Below are positions 47,816 to 59,290 of a stretch of 64,000 nt of DNA, piece by piece. The stretch's first letter is position 1. Every line of letters starts with the position of its first letter. The translations under genes and the position numbers were made by a program. Where the stretch lies: contig NC_045709.1 of NCBI RefSeq assembly GCF_009834535.1, forward strand, positions 29,822,001 through 29,886,000, in the 5' to 3' direction. The notes beneath the pieces were generated by a model, which searched no databases, was not told the DNA's origin, and saw only the letters and a list, made by a program, of their open reading frames with translations. Origin of the DNA: Camelus ferus (taxonomy: Eukaryota).

Positions 47816-49051
47816 TTAAAACAATGCATTCAGAATGTGTGAATAAAGTCTTATTTTTGTTATCCAGAAAGGATTATTATTTCCTTGCATTTTAGTCTAT
47901 TTATTTAAATTAAACAGGCTTGGATTGCTTCTGTCTTGCTTGCCTTCATCAGAGATTCCAGCTTATATACACAATCAGTGCAGAATCTGTAAATACTGAA
48001 CTACCACAGCAGTATTTTTATTTAGCATAATAAATGGTGAATGGCTAGAACCTACTCTGCTTTGGTTTTTTAGCGTGAAATTTATTGAACTAATTTCAGT
48101 AAATATTGTTGCCATTCTCCAAGAAATGGGCATAGTTTAAGCTGTGCTGTACCTTCAAAAGGTATTTTTTATTCATTTGATTTATTGAATTCAAAGATGA
48201 AATGATTAACCAAACTTTTTTAAAATGCTTAAAATTCCAAATAACTTTTAGTAGAATCTGAGTACAAATATAGGGATGATTTTAGTATAAATTCCCAAGA
48301 AATGTGTAAGTAGCCACTGTGATATTTCCTACACTTTATCAACCAAAGGCACCTTGAATACCTCCCAGAACAGGACCTTAGTAACTCTGACAGCCCATTT
48401 CACTAATGCGTATTTGTGGTGGTTAGAAAATTATTTTTATATTCATTTGAATCAGTTGATCCATGTTCTGCCCACTAGACAACACAAATCCAATATATTC
48501 CTTTTCCACGTAGTAACCCTTGACATAAGAGCAGTGAGGATGTTTCTTCGGGTTCCTGTTTCTCCCTGCTCTTTCCTGTGTGACAGGGTGCCCAGGCTGC
48601 CTTCCTTTCCAGACTCTCTCCCCCGCGTCCTCTGACTTTTGAGAGTTTTCCCCTTGATGTCTGTTCAACCCAGCTCTCCCTGGAGCTAAAGCTTCTTCTG
48701 ATGTAGACTTTGCCATTGTCTCCTGTTGTAAAAACGAGATTCCGTTATGGGTCTTTCAAGGTATGTTTCTAGGTGCTGAGCCAGAGCTTCCTGATTCTGT
48801 ATTTTAAATTGGTTTTTGAAGTTAAATTGAGAACTTTCAAATCTTACACTTTTTAGAGTCAAAAATAACCTTGAAATCATACAGAGATTAGGATTAATGT
48901 TCCAGCGTCACTGTGTAATAGTTATCTGGCCTTGAACAAGTGACTTAACTTCCCGAGAGAAAAGGATACGAACACAAGATGCCACTGTCTTTCCATTCCA
49001 CACCTGCAGTATCCTTGTGTCTTCATGAAAACCAAACATCTTGGAAAAAGC

Positions 49052-49792
49052 TGTTGTGTGGGTTCTTCTAATAATGACCAGTTCTCTGACATCATCTGCG
49101 TGTCTGACAGTTCAATTCAGTTCAGACACTAATAGCCCAGAGTTAGGGAAGCCCGTAGAACAAGGGCTCAGTCCCAGAGGCCTGCCTCCACGTGAGATGC
49201 CAGGTGGAAAGGGGGCCCAGACCGCCCACGCTTCTGCCTGGCCCACTCCAAATTTGGAGTTTCTGTGCTTCCCCTTCAGGGTTTTTTGTTGTTTTTTTTT
49301 TTTTTTTTGCTAGAGTGACTCAAAGAACTCAGTTAACCAGTATACTTAACGATGACCAGTTTATTATAAAGGATGCCATTCAGGGACCAGCCAAACAAAA
49401 GAAATGCAAAGAACAAGGTTAGAGGAGGGGTGGGGGCAAGAGCTTCCATGCCCTCCAGGAGTGTGCCCGCAGCCTTCCTGACACGTCAGAGCGCTCACCC
49501 ACCCTCAAGCTCTTAGAATCTTTTCATTCAAGAGAGTTTTTATACTCAGTTTCCTTTAGAACCCAGTAACCTCCAGGGAGGGGCGAGGGGCTTGGCATTG
49601 GGTTATAAAAGCTCTTGAATAAAAAGAATTCTATCCCCCCCATCACCTTATTAGCAAATACTCGGGTGTGGTAGAAAGCGGCTTATAATGAATAACAAAA
49701 GGCACTCCTGTCTTTCTGGAAATCCCAGGAGTTTTAGAAGCTCTGCGCCAGGAATTGGGACAAAGACCAGATACATTTTTTATTATACCATA
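49052..49792 (-). mobile_element. MER21-like LTR
   Basis: aattcagttcagacact...agggctcagtccca...ccagtttattataaaggat...gggacaaagaccagatacatttttattatacc. Confidence 0.85.
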
Positions 49793-51582
49793 GCTGTCAA
49801 TACCTGTTTCCCACATTTTCTTTTACTCACTCCTCAACTGACATAATCTGCCCCTTCACTCCGCTAAAACGGCTCTGTATTTTTCTCTCCTCATCCTACG
49901 TAACCTCTCAGGAGCATTAAGAGCAGTTAAGCCTTCATTTCGTCTTTCTTGAAAGCACTCTCTCTCTTTGGAGACACTAATACCACATTTTCCGTGTTTT
50001 CCTTCCACAGTTCTGACTCTTCCTGATTTGTCTCCTTGGAGACATATTATTCAGGGAAGAAATAAGATGTTACAGCTGGCTCCAGTGAGAATTTGACATA
50101 CAGGGATATATGTTCCCCAGGGGACATGGAGGCTTTGTATTGCCATGAAGACTAATTATTTGCATGCCTCTGGAAGGAAACATTTGCATTACTGTTATTT
50201 TTTTTTTACAACTTAAGTTCTATCTCTACAGAATTGTAAAACAATCAAAGATAGACACTCTTGAAGAATCAGATTCTTAAAGAATCACCCAGAGATTCTC
50301 CTGGACAGACTTCCTGCATTTTGGTGAAAGGACACCCAGGAATTCTGCTGCCCAGTGTCCCCACTTGTGATGAAATTAACGTCTAAAGATAATTCTTGAT
50401 AACAAAAAGACAAGTCTCATTAGATTTGACCTGATTATTCACATAGGAGCAGCAGCATTTAAATTAGCCATCTGGGCATCCTTGAGTTTGCCTTGTAGGC
50501 ATAAATCAGTGAATTGTTAAGCTACTACTAAGGCCAGGAAATAAGGTTGGATGAACACCTCAAGTTGGCTGAGGTACGGGTTGTGCTGGGGAGTGACCTC
50601 TGCTAACACCTAAGGCTAAGCCAGGTACCTGGGTACTTCTTCAGGGAAGGCTTTGATTTTGGTTCCACACGTAAAGTCGACCTTGATACTTAATGGTGGG
50701 CTTGTCAGGCCTGATTCAGTGAAAACCATTTTCAAATATGGCTCTCCAAGTCAAGTCTTGTTTGCACAATAAAATTGTCCTCTTATCGCCTGTAAAAGGC
50801 AGACAAAATCTCAGAGCGCCTATGTGGCTATCTCCACAGCACTTCCATTAAACATCAGGAGACTTAATACAATTTCAGACTTCTGGAGTCAGTGAGAATC
50901 AGACTTTGAGAAATGTTTCGTTTCATCTTCAAAAGCAGAGTTTATGAAATTAAGGATTAGATTTGCTTCAAAAGAAAGACGAAGGGCTTTGTTGATATCT
51001 TTTAGAACATACAAACCACAAGAACAATATTCAAAAAAACTTTGCATTTCTCTTCCCAGTTGACAGTAACTAACTTTTTCCTGCAGGGTCTTGCTTTCAC
51101 AAGGGAAGTTTGCTTCTGGATCATCAGATGGCCCGTGCAGCCTGACTGTTTACGGCTACTCTCTCAGAATCGTTAAGCAGTGCCATCTCAGTAGTCTGTA
51201 CACAGGAGGCGATTCTGGAAGTATCAATAGTTAAAAGCCCCCAGCACAAACCTTTCTACGTGGCTTTGAGACTGTGCTTCTTTATTAAAGAGCAGAACTC
51301 TGATGTGAGGCTTGTGTAAGTCTCACAGTAAGCATCAGTGTCGAAAGAAACTACCTAGAGGTGCTGCCAACGGGACGGTTGCCGGTACTTTATGATAATA
51401 ACCCATGACCTCAGAATGGAGGATAGAGGAATTCTCTCTCGGGGTGTTCCACGCAGCTGCTTCATGAGGCTTTCCTAACGTTTCCTCTGAGCTAGAAGTA
51501 CATCATGGGTAGCCAGAACATTGACAGATCTCCAGGGCCTTCCCGTAAGTTGTATAATTTCTAAAATACTTATATTAGTAGT

Positions 51583-51945
51583 TATTATGAACTGAATTAG
51601 GTCCCACCATTCATATGTTGAAGGCATAATCCCCAGGTGGCTGTGTTTGGAGATAGGGCCTTTAAGGAGGATATTAAGGTAAAATGGGATAATAAAGATG
51701 GGACCCTAATGCCATATGACTGGTGTCCTTATAAAAAGAGGGGGGCGGTCAGGGAAGTGCACCTGCACACCCAGAAACCCGCCGCGTGAGGACGCACTGA
51801 CAAGGTAGCCACCTGCAAGCTAAGGAGAGAATTCTCACCGGAAGCCAAGCCTTCTGTCTCTCGGAGCTGTGAGGGAGCACGTTTCTGCCTTTTGAGCCAC
51901 CCGGCCTGTGGTGTTTTGTTATTGCAACCCCAGTAGACTCATACG
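51583..51945 (+). mobile_element. MLT1A/B-like MaLR solo LTR
   Basis: tatgaactgaatt...tttggagatagggcctttaag...tgactggtgtccttataa...ctgtggtgttttgttattgcaaccc. Confidence 0.9.
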
Positions 51946-53439
51946 GTGGTACTTCCCGGGCAGGCTGTGTCCAGCAGGGGTCGAGCTGCTCTTGTGATTT
52001 AACACCTCTCTCCCTGCTCTGCTGCAGTGTGGAGGTAAGTTAAGAGATAGGGAGTGCATCAAACAAACCTGCTGACTTCTAATTTTTTTAATAAGTTGAA
52101 ATAACAGACCTTTGTGTTTTCTTAGGGACCTGTTAGGAAATATCAAAAATAGTTTTAGATGTAGAAAGTTTACAGTGTTTTATTGTATTTTTTCTTAATT
52201 TAGGCTACAACCTTGGGCAAAAATTTGAGGATTGGTCAGAGGAGATTTGAGCATTTGTTTAAGATAAGATCGTGTGTACTTCGTTAAGTAATTAATCAAA
52301 TGACAGTAAAAGATTTTATGTAAACATAGAGGGTAACCCAATTATAAATAATCTTAGCTATTTTATAAACTAGAAGACATTCTATTTTAAATAATAAAGG
52401 ACATATTAAAGTCAACACAGAAAATTTCTCAAGTAAGATACAATCTCTGGTATATTGGCAGTTTACACAAAAGATAAAAAATGACTTTTCACATTGTAGG
52501 CAAGTCATTAATCAATAAGCCAAGGGAATAAGCACATCAAAACTAAGAAATTTGCCAAAATTTAAAACATTTGAGTTTCATATAAGACTTAGATATTGTA
52601 AGCAAGGAGATATAAAATTCACTTTCCAAGTTTTGTCCTTAACTTTGCTCTTTCCTACTCTGAAAACAAAAACTACTGTGTTGAGACTATTGAACGTATT
52701 AGATCCTCTTTTATATCCGTAATTTAATTGGACCAGACATTTTTTAACTTAAGGAGAAAGGAAATATTTCTTCATAATCACAGAAAAGCTCAAAGGTCTT
52801 TCTCGGTCACAGATACAGATTAGAGTAGAAGGCCAGTAGCTTCAGTTCACCCACTTCAGCTACAAGGACGCATCAGCCCAGATCTCAAAGGGCTGTTCTG
52901 TGTCCCAGTGTGTGTGAAGCCCTTAGTTGATCTGAGCTCACAAATAGAAAAATAAACAATAGGGCTAATAAGTGAGGTCATCTGTCATCTTTCACTCAAT
53001 AAAGAGTAGACCTAGAGAGAGAACCGAATTGTCAGATCATAAAACCAAATTCCCAGTTGTTTCCTCCAGTGAGGAGCACATCATGAGCCACCGAGTTGCC
53101 AGGGATGAGACAAAACACCGAGGTGGGAGGACAAAAATGGGGGAGAAATGGTCAGTAAAATTAAATTTCTACTGCCATTTGTGATTCTCTCTTTGAGTCA
53201 GGAAAGACTGTGTCTGACTTCAGCCGCCCACGAGGTGGACTTGTACAGCAGCGCAGTGAGCTGGATTGGTTCAGTTGGTCAGCTGAGCATTTTGATAGGT
53301 GACCTACCTCTAAACCTGTTAATACATAATTTTCAAAAAGGTAAAATCATGATTCTAAGAAAAATAAAGAATAAATACCTGTTGAAATTTTACTAACTTA
53401 TCAGGTAATGAGGGAACCAGTAAGATGTTAAAATCAGTT

Positions 53440-54592
53440 CTCACCAATTTATATTTTCAAACCCAGAATTCTCCACTGACCCAAATCCAATCAACAATTG
53501 CTTTTTAACATTGTATGTTAAATGCCTCTCAAATTCTATGTACAAGAGGGAATTCATGATTTTTTTTCCCCAAACTTCTTTCACTCCTCTTCTAGCATTT
53601 CCTGTTTCTGATGATAGTTCCACCTTCTGCAGAGCTATTTGTGTCAGGAGTCTAAGACTAATACTGAATACTCTGTCTCCCTGTACTCTCACCTGTCATC
53701 ATTTTCACTCTGTTACCAAGCTCTGTTGATTTCACATTCTAAATAATCCTCAGTTCTGTCTCCTTCTCCTTTAACCGCCTTCACCAGTCTTCTTACACCA
53801 CGTCACCATTTCACCTAGACCACATCCCATAGATGGTGGCATTAGCCTCCCCTCTGCCCACTGCTTCCACTACCCAATGCGTCCTCTTCGCCATCCGAAG
53901 TATTTCCCACATATCGGCCAGAATGATACTTGCCAAATGCAAATCTGATCACTTATTGTGTGACTGAAAGCCTGTAATGATTTCCCATTGTTCTTCAGAT
54001 AAAGATCCAAGCTGTGTGCCTGGCCTACAAGGCTCTCTCATTTCTGCTGCTGTTTATCCTTCTCTCCTCTTTAATGTCAGTGTGAACCAGGCTCCCCTCC
54101 ACTTTCTGATTCAAGCCACACCAATTTCTGTACATGTCTTTCAGTTTCTTCCCACCTGGAATCTTAGAGGTGCTATTTTCTTTGCTTGCAATTTAAAAAA
54201 ATTAAAAAAAATCAATTTAAATGGAGGTACTAGGACTGAACCCAGGACCTTGTGCATGCTAAGTGTGCACAGATACCCACTGCCCCCTGCAATTTTGTTT
54301 TCTAACTCTCCCACTTTTCTTGGTTCATAGTCATCAAAGTTCATCTCATTTCCTTCTTTGGGGTCTTTTACTTGACTACTAAGAGGAGGCCAGATACCAC
54401 TCTCCTCCCATAGTGCTTAAAAACCACTGTAATCTGATACTGACTTTTGTGACTGAGTGTTTTCTCTGCTGTTGCACTGAAAGTTTCAGGAGAGCAGGGC
54501 CGTGTTTATTTCTCTTTATCATTCCTGGAGCAGAGTGTCTAGTTGGCACAGTTTGGGTGGTGAATGTGTATTTACTGAGTGAATGAATGAAT
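53440..54592 (+). mobile_element. L2 3' region, interrupted by a SINE
   Basis: Pyrimidine-rich sense L2 (aaatgcaaatctgatcac) ending with tttactgagtgaatgaatgaat. Confidence 0.85.
54214..54287 (-). mobile_element. tRNA-Ala-derived camelid-type SINE, second copy
   Basis: aatggaggtactaggactgaacccaggaccttgtgcatgctaag, the same family as 7404-7497. Confidence 0.85.
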
Positions 54593-54749
54593 ATATTGCT
54601 ATTACATATTTCCAAGCTGGATTCTATCTTCTGCTATACTAAATAAATGTATTACTTCCAGATTTGATGTACACCTGTTATGATGTGTTCTGATTCCAGT
54701 AAAAATTCATTAAATATGAGGCTTAGACATAGCACAAGAAGGCCAGAGG

Positions 54750-54965
54750 TAGAGGAGTTGCAGCCGTTTAGCCTCTGAATCAGAGTAGATGGGGTCACAA
54801 ATGACAGTCCATCACTTGGTCAGTCACCAGCTGTGTGAGTACAGCTCTGTATTTACCCAGCACTGTATCGTTTAAACTCAGTCTTAACAAGAACATGGGG
54901 ATGATAATACCATCTTTAACACAGAGGTTCTTTGAGAATTGAGTACTGGTCAAGCACTTCAGTAT
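54750..54965 (+). mobile_element. MIR SINE, degraded
   Basis: ctctgaatcagagtagatgggg...accagctgtgtgag...atggggatgataatacc. Confidence 0.6.
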
Positions 54966-56084
54966 TACCTATTATTCCGATCTCCATTAATGTCTTGGAT
55001 GTTACTCAGTTGGGCCTAGAGTATTAACCATTTAAAAGACATCACTGGTTTTTACTGTTACCTTACTTATCTCATCATTTAGGACTAGGTTCACTTTCTG
55101 GGAACAGAAACTGTGACTGTGATGTATCTTGTGCTACAAGAAGTCCTGGGATAGGCAGTTAGAGTGAACGACAGCAGGAAACCAGACCCTTGTAACTTCC
55201 TGAGATGCTCTAGTCCTCTGGGCGGGAGGACCAAGACAGAGAGGAAGCAGCCTTGGTGGACTTGGACCGACACAAGAGGAGGAAGCAAGTTTTTATCTTT
55301 CACAGTCGCTGCAGTAGAGTCGGACGAGGCAGCATGGAAGCAAAGAGAAGCTGGGCCGTCAGATCAGAGTGCCTGCCGCACAGTCCTGGTGCAGGAATTG
55401 GCTTTTCCCTGGAGGTGATGGTCATTCCGTGGAGTGTGTCACCAGTGCCTCATTTCTGAGCTGTGTGGAAAGTTAACTTTGCCTCGTTCGTGATTAATAC
55501 ACCAGTGCAGATCACCGTCTTGAAGATCTTGTGCAATGACCATCATTTCTCTGAGTCCAGGTTCAGACCTTTAGGGTGACTGAGGCACACACTTGAGTAC
55601 AAAGAAATACCAATTCAGAGCAGGTGGGGAGTAAACATTTTCAAGAGAAAGAAATATTTCTCATTTCTCAGCTGCTTAGGCGACTCTTCATTTATTTTTT
55701 GAATTCTGAAACAGCAATTTGAAAAGAGAAAAAAAATCAATTTTCCAAAGGCTGCCAAGAATAAAAGCTATTCTCATTTGTTAAAGTAAGGAGAGTTAAT
55801 AAGTTAAAATCAGAGCCTTGAGAATGGGCTCTCCTGTATCTTTCAGGCTCTAGGCAGCATTCTTCTACAAAAGGTGCAGAATCAGCTGGACTCAGTGCGG
55901 GAAACAGAGCACAGGGTTAAAGCCAAAGGAACAGATCCAATATGGAGTCAGATTTGTTCTCTTCTATTACAAAACTGACCACACCTAAATTCAATTATAC
56001 CTAAAGCTCTATTCATCAGGATAAGAGAATAAGGCGTGATTTAACCTATTCAACAGATTGTTTCTTTGTTTTTTTAATACTGTA

Positions 56085-56690
56085 TCTTTTGAGTGATAAA
56101 ATATAAATATATATAAAATATACATAAAATTAACACTTTCATCATTTTTAAGCATACTATTAAATAGCATTAGGTACTTTCACAACCACCACTAGTTCCA
56201 GAACTTTTTCATCTTCCAAAGAGAAATTCTTACCCCATTGAGCACAAACTCCCTGCTCTCTGCTGCCCCCAGTCCCTGGTAAACTCTGTTTTTTATGCCC
56301 CTAGGAATTTTCCTATCCTGTCACATAAGTGTAATCATGCAATGTTTTTCCCTTCGGGTCTGGCTTCTTTCACTTGTCCCAGGTTCGTCCATGCTGTCAC
56401 GTGTATGAGAACCTTGTTCCTTTTTTGGCTGAATAATGTCCCCACTGTACGGAGCTACCATATTGTGTTATCCATTCATCGTTGTTGGAGACTTGGGTTA
56501 TTTCTCTTTTTTGGCTACTGTGAACAGTGCTGCTGTAGACACTGNNNNNNNNNNNNNNNNNNNNNNNNNNNNNNNNNNNNNNNNNNNNNNNNNNNNNNNN
56601 NNNNNNNNNNNNNNNNNNNNNNNNNNNNNNNNNNNNNNNNNNNNNNNNNNNNNNNNNNNNNNNNNNNNNNNNNTACACTGTGTGCACATT
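56085..56690 (-). mobile_element. L1MB-like 3' end containing an N run
   Basis: acaaccaccactagttccagaactttttcatc...ggcttctttcact...ggctgaataat. Confidence 0.9.
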
Positions 56691-58716
56691 TGGTATGTGG
56701 ACCTGCATGGTAGCCTGCAGGCCTGCAGATATTAGGGGTAGGGCCTTCTGGATCTAAAGGCACAGCCTGTCCATCCTTATAAATGTCGACCTCTTACTTT
56801 TGTCTCCAGTGCCTCCTGAGTCACGTAAATGAGAAATCTGGGTTTCCATCAGTGTTCAAGCTTAGACGCTTTTATGTCATATAAAAAAAAATTCCAAGTC
56901 AAGCCCTCATGTGGTAGTTTAGATCTGGCTTAAACTGAGAAGTAATAGGAATATAAAAAGAAAACTTGATCTTCTGAGGTTTTCTGCACTAAACTACCTT
57001 GGATAAAAATTAAGCCTTTAAATAATTTGAGGCTCATCTATCAGTGCCACTGAGTTTTTGAGAAAGTAAAGAACTCAGTTCCCCTCCAAGGCTTTGGAGA
57101 AATTCTTTGTCTTAAATAATATAGCTTAAAAAAGGTGTCTTTTAAAACTGTGAAGGATGTCAGAAAGAAATCTGAAGAACGAAGAAAAGCAGAAATTAAA
57201 GGAAAAATGAGCGCTACGCTCGCAGGGAGACCCAACTCGCACCGTTTGGGTCCAGCCAGAGCTTTTCAAATCTTCTGAAGCACATACAGTATTCTGATCC
57301 CTAACAACCCATATTCTTGGAAAATTAACCAGGAAACTAGCATGAGCGAAATGTCTTTCTGTTCGACTTAAAGAACAGAGACAGGGCTTGCTGCCGTGGG
57401 GGAAGGCTTTTAATCAGCATGTGTCTTCATCCTGCCTTGTGACCTTTCCCAACATTCAGTTGTTTTTTCACACTGGTCTTGAAAGAGCCAGTGGCTCTAA
57501 GGAAAGAAGGAGGGTATCTTCATCTTGCTTAGCATGGTTTATGTCAAGATTTTGCCCTTGTAAAATCACCTCCCTGTGCTGGTGACAGACAGAACAACGG
57601 TTATTTGAAAGTAGTCTCTGCTTTTGCTAAACTTTTATTTCAAAACAACTGGAGACACTTCCTATCACAGCCATGAAAATGTCTACCTTTAAATCCACGA
57701 GTAATTCTTTGGAAATTATATTTCTGATAAGAATCCTTTATCATTTCTAGTAATGCCACTGGCATTTTACACCCCCACCTAACCTTTCTGCCCTCCTCAC
57801 ATGTCTGAGAATATCAGGTGGTATTTTCCAAAGACTACACCGACTTAGCAACAAATTGGCCTGTTTTTTCACATAGTGCAAACCATAGTGATGAGGTTTA
57901 AAAACTGCGTAGCCGCCTCTGGTGAGCACTGGCACGCGGAAGCCCTCCTCCTCTCTGACTCCTGTGAGCCTCACCTTGGTCTCTCCTGTTACCGTGTAGC
58001 AGCTCTGATTCACCAGTGTGGCTCATCCTTTAGTAAATCTTTCATTCTCACCAGACTTTAAGGATCTTGAGGGCAGGACAATAATCAGTTTAAACATTTT
58101 AAGCTATTTCACTTCTGATATTATTCCACCCCTTGGCATTCAGTGTGTTTTGTTGATGGAGAGAAGGTGGGGCCAGTGGAAGGGAGGGACACAGTGGTTC
58201 GAATTACTGCCACTCATGGACTCGGAGAGCTAGGTCCGTCATGTATTAGGTCTGTCACATACTAGATCTTTCCAGTGGATCTATGTTAGAAGTAATCATT
58301 GAAAGGAAAACAAATAACAGTAATTGTTCTAAGATACAGAATCTAAGACGTGATGTTTAAGAAATTGACAGAACTGAGAAATGCAGAAATTTCAGACACA
58401 TTTGCGTGAAAGCGGAAATTGTACTTTACAGAGCAGACATGGACGTCCATTAGGCTGAAAATCACTGCAACCGAAGGCAACAAAGGGAACACTGATTGTT
58501 TTCTAATATAGCACACATTGTGGGAAATTGTTCTGTTCTCAAACTCAAACCTTATATTCCCCATATGTTTTTATGTATCAGTTTTATCAATTCAGTGATA
58601 TTCAAATAAACTTTTATTGATTTCCTACTGTATGCCACAAACTTATTATTTATGTAACTTGTCTATGTATATAAAATAAGTTAACAAATTCCTGGCACAC
58701 AGAAGGAGACATTACA

Positions 58717-58717
<1 letters not shown>

Positions 58718-58752
<35 letters not shown>
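58718..58752. repeat. (CA)n microsatellite
   Basis: Direct reading. Confidence 0.97.
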
Positions 58753-58755
<3 letters not shown>

Positions 58756-59059
58756 CTTTGTTACTCATTGTATTGAACTAAGTGGAATCTCGAAGTCTGA
58801 TATGGCCAACAAATAATCTAAATTTCTAACGTGAAACTACCTTTAGGAGAAAGCATCACTGAGATTTAGAATAATTTAAGGATCATTTGGGGGCGTTCTA
58901 AAAATTGTGACTTTCTGTGAATGGAGGAAGCCATTGGCCTTGGATCATTTGCAAACAGGATGTCTCCTTTCGCCTGTTCTGAGCTCCACGTTTTATGCAA
59001 CTAATGCACGACGAACTGCAGCCCTGCTCCTCACAGAAAAGTGAATTTATAAAAAGCAT

Positions 59060-59290
59060 ACGTTTACATCCTGTTCACCTTTCTCGCCCAGATCACGCCC
59101 CTGCCCCTTTCTCTCGCCTTTTCTGGACCACACTTGCTCTCCCACCAGTTCTTTCCACGTCTGCCAGAGCCTCCCACCTCCTAACCTGCCACTGAAGCTT
59201 CTGGTCTGGCTTTGCACCTGAATGACCATTTCTTCCTATCTTGAACACATTGCTTAACACATTTTAAAAGTCAGCTCTCTTTTTGCCACA
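59060..59290 (+). mobile_element. L2 fragment
   Basis: Pyrimidine-rich; ggctttgcacctgaatgaccatttcttcc. Confidence 0.5.

Noticed and set aside
47406-51945. Two MLT1 LTRs as the ends of one provirus
   Set aside because: They are in opposite orientation, and I recognise no MaLR internal sequence between them.
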